A stretch of 48,530 nucleotides of DNA from Alphaproteobacteria bacterium. GTDB lineage: Bacteria; Pseudomonadota; Alphaproteobacteria; RF32; CAG-239. This document shows positions 46,114-48,530 of the stretch, piece by piece; position 1 is the stretch's first letter, and each line of letters starts with the position of its first letter. A program made the translations under genes and the position numbers. The stretch covers positions 1 to 48,530 of the forward strand of contig JBGUGE010000038.1 of the NCBI GenBank assembly GCA_045111335.1. Direction: 5' to 3'. Below the pieces are notes generated by a model. That model worked only from the letters and a program-made list of their open reading frames with translations. It searched no databases and was not told the origin of the DNA.

Positions 46114-47124
46114 ATGAAAAAAATAGCCATTATCGGTGCAACTTCCGGCTGCGGTCGCGAGCTGTTGAATATGTTTGAAGAAAACGGTTTTTCGGCCGAC
46201 GATATTTTTGCGGTAGATACGGACAGCCCGCTCGGCACACAAATTTCGTACGGCGAAGATGTGGATATGGATGTTTATAATTTGCGTGATTTTGACTTTG
46301 GTTCGGCACAAATTGCCGTTTTTTGCGTTGCGGAAGATTTGACCAAGCATTATGTACCGCGGGCGTTGGCTAAAGATGCGTTTGTGGTGGATTGTTCGGG
46401 GACTTATGGTACCGACAGCGATGTGCCGCTGATTATTGCCGGTATGAATGATGATGAAATTCAAACGGCAAAACGCGGAATCATTGCCTTGCCATCCCCG
46501 CAGGTGACGCAGCTGATGTTGCCGTTGCAACAAATCTTTAAAAATAACACCATTAAAAGGCTGATTATCAATACTTATATGGCAACCTCGGTTTATGGTA
46601 AGGCGGCGATGGACGAGCTGTTTAATCAAACGCGGAAGATTTTTATGAATGAGCCGCTGGTTGATGACGAAACCGTTTTTCATAAGCAGGTTGCGTTTAA
46701 CGTGTTGCCTCAGGTTGGCGAGTTTATAGGCGATGAAACCAAGCAGGAATGGGCAATGAATGTGGAAATTAAAAAGATTTTGGGCAAAGATATCAAGGTT
46801 CATGCCAATTGCGCGATTGTGCCGGTGTTTATCGGTATCGGTGCATTTGTAAATGTGGAGTGTGCCGAGGAAGTTGATGTTGACGATATTCGCAACAAAA
46901 TGCGCGATACCAAAGGCGTGGTGGTATTTGATAAACACGTTGATTGCGGATACGTTTCAATGAATGACGTACAGAGTGAAAGCGATGTTTATGTCAGTCG
47001 TCTGCGGCAAGATGTTTCGGTCGAAAACGGGTTCAGTTTTTGGTCGGTGGCCGATGATTTGCGTGCCGGAACGGCGCAAAATGCCTATAATGTGCTTCAA
47101 CTTATTTTGAAAAAACAGGGATAA
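46114..47124 (+). CDS. Aspartate-semialdehyde dehydrogenase-like protein lacking the catalytic Cys/His (Usg-like)
   Basis: IAIIGATSGCG, VAFNVLPQVG, WSVADDLRAGTAQNA; NPNCST region reads LPSPQV and FxGH reads FIGI. Confidence 0.85.
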   Translation: MKKIAIIGATSGCGRELLNMFEENGFSADDIFAVDTDSPLGTQISYGEDVDMDVYNLRDFDFGSAQIAVFCVAEDLTKHYVPRALAKDAFVVDCSGTYGTDSDVPLIIAGMNDDEIQTAKRGIIALPSPQVTQLMLPLQQIFKNNTIKRLIINTYMATSVYGKAAMDELFNQTRKIFMNEPLVDDETVFHKQVAFNVLPQVGEFIGDETKQEWAMNVEIKKILGKDIKVHANCAIVPVFIGIGAFVNVECAEEVDVDDIRNKMRDTKGVVVFDKHVDCGYVSMNDVQSESDVYVSRLRQDVSVENGFSFWSVADDLRAGTAQNAYNVLQLILKKQG

Positions 47125-47128
47125 ACAG

Positions 47129-48530
47129 ATGCAAAAAGCTTTTTCCAAGATTTTATTTGTTTTATTTATGATGCTTTCGTTGTTATCGGCAGAGGCTTAT
47201 GCCGTTACGACGCATCCGGCCGAAGAAACGCCGACAACCTTGCAATCGGGCGTGGCGGTGGATTTTTCCGGTATTACGGCGGAAATTGAAAAAATACAGG
47301 AAGGGTTGCTGCAAACCGATATTTCAAGAGAAACGCTTGACGGTTATGTGTCGTATCTTACCGCTACGGAAAATGATATCGGTGAGAATCGTAAAATTTT
47401 GGAAAAGCAGGTACGGTTTATTCAAAGACAACTTGATGCGTTGGGTAGCGGACCGAAAGAGGGCGAAGCCGAAGATGAAGCAATTACCAAACAACGCGAA
47501 GAGCTGTCGCAACAATTGGCCTCACAAGATCGGCTGCTTAAAGAATCTAATTTATTGGTAATCAATATAGTGGAACTGACCGATCAGATTTTAAAAGTGC
47601 GCAACCAAAAAATTTATGGCGATATGATGACAAAGCAGTCGGCAATAATTAATCCGATGGTGTTTTTTAAGGATTTGAAAGCCTATATCATCTTCTTTTG
47701 GGATATCGTAAAATCTCCGGTGGTATGGTACAATTCCGTGCCGCAGGATCAGCGTTCGTACACCATTTTAAGCATCAGTGTCATGATTGTGATTTTGTTG
47801 ATTGCATTGGCGTTGGCTATCTTTTTGAAACGGTTTATTTTACGCAATTGGGGGTATAAGGCCGAAAATAAAACTCCGTCATTTAACCGCAAGGTGGTGG
47901 CGGCGTGTGCGGTGGCAATTGCGCGCGGATTGATTTTTGCGTTTTTGGTCGGCGGGTGCATTTTGTGGATGGTCAGCACCAAAATCTTTGGCGATACATT
48001 GTTAAATTCGGTGTTAATGGCCTCGGCGTATATTTGTTTGCTGGCGATTGCCGAAGCGACGGTTTCGCGAGTGACGTTTGCCCCGAATTATCCGAACTGG
48101 CGTTTGGTAAATATTGCCAGCGAAAAGGCGGCCCGATTTACGCGGATGATTTTCCTGTTCATCGTGTTCAACTCGGTGGCGGCACTTCAGGTGGTGGTGG
48201 CACAATATCGCGAATATTCTACCGAAACAGTGCATTTTGTGATGATGATATCCAGTTTTGTAAAAGCATTTTTCCTTATTTGGTTTTCAAAAATTTCGTT
48301 TGATACATATTATGACGAATTTAGGGATGACGGCGCCGATAATAGCGCCGAAGATGATGAAGATTCCGAAAACAGCGGATTAAGAATGATTTTGATCAGC
48401 CATGTTTTCTGCGTCGGCACTTTTGCACTTTCGCTGTTCGGCTATCCGGAATTGTCGCTTTTTATTTTTAATCATTTGATTATGTCGCTGATTTTATGCG
48501 GAGTTTTGGAGGTTGTTCGGCGGTCGGTTA
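47129..48530 (+). CDS. DUF3772-domain MscS/MscK-family mechanosensitive channel (5' part; runs off the right edge)
   Basis: Manual translation: signal peptide, LDALGSGPKEGEAEDEAITKQREEL...SAIINP coiled coil, then multiple TM helices. Confidence 0.8.
   Translation, partial: MQKAFSKILFVLFMMLSLLSAEAYAVTTHPAEETPTTLQSGVAVDFSGITAEIEKIQEGLLQTDISRETLDGYVSYLTATENDIGENRKILEKQVRFIQRQLDALGSGPKEGEAEDEAITKQREELSQQLASQDRLLKESNLLVINIVELTDQILKVRNQKIYGDMMTKQSAIINPMVFFKDLKAYIIFFWDIVKSPVVWYNSVPQDQRSYTILSISVMIVILLIALALAIFLKRFILRNWGYKAENKTPSFNRKVVAACAVAIARGLIFAFLVGGCILWMVSTKIFGDTLLNSVLMASAYICLLAIAEATVSRVTFAPNYPNWRLVNIASEKAARFTRMIFLFIVFNSVAALQVVVAQYREYSTETVHFVMMISSFVKAFFLIWFSKISFDTYYDEFRDDGADNSAEDDEDSENSGLRMILISHVFCVGTFALSLFGYPELSLFIFNHLIMSLILCGVLEVVRRSV

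Noticed and set aside
45916-46938. 340-aa minus-strand ORF
   Set aside because: Antisense shadow of the Asd-like gene; the same applies to shadow ORFs in tpsA, tpsB, the recombinase and alaS

Overview
Low-GC bacterial chromosome segment, most likely an alphaproteobacterium (inferred from map-radC, alaS, a DUF3772-MscS gene and an alpha-type DnaB insert). Left (1-3503): a divergent two-partner secretion pair (LktA/FHA-like TpsA, partial, and TpsB). Right (36713-48530): tRNA-Pro(TGG) and housekeeping genes (radC, map, tspO, alaS, an Asd-like pseudoenzyme, MscS). Between them lies about 33 kb of accessory DNA accreted at the tRNA-Pro 3' end as two related tandem elements. Element 1 (about 3620-11890) is internally deleted and carries an apparently unclassified polymorphic effector/immunity locus: a full-length effector with a Tlde1/DUF2778 tip, orphan tips joined through shared linker repeats, and an amplified array of membrane immunity-like genes. 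Element 2 (about 12140-36490) has DUF2924 + large serine recombinase + phage-type replication initiator + a lambda-like cos site but no terminase, head or tail genes (satellite-like). It carries defence cargo: three DUF262 proteins, an OLD-like ATPase-TOPRIM plus putative HNH gene, a C5 MTase/FokI-like REase pair, Fic and a Y-family polymerase. A DriD/PafBC-like WYL regulator has four matching operator-promoters; three point at the DUF262 pair or at apparently inactivated DnaB and DnaQ paralogues. A three-unit array of promoter-hairpin modules with variable 12-nt loops sits at the element end. All assignments come from motif recognition by eye; no database searches were run.
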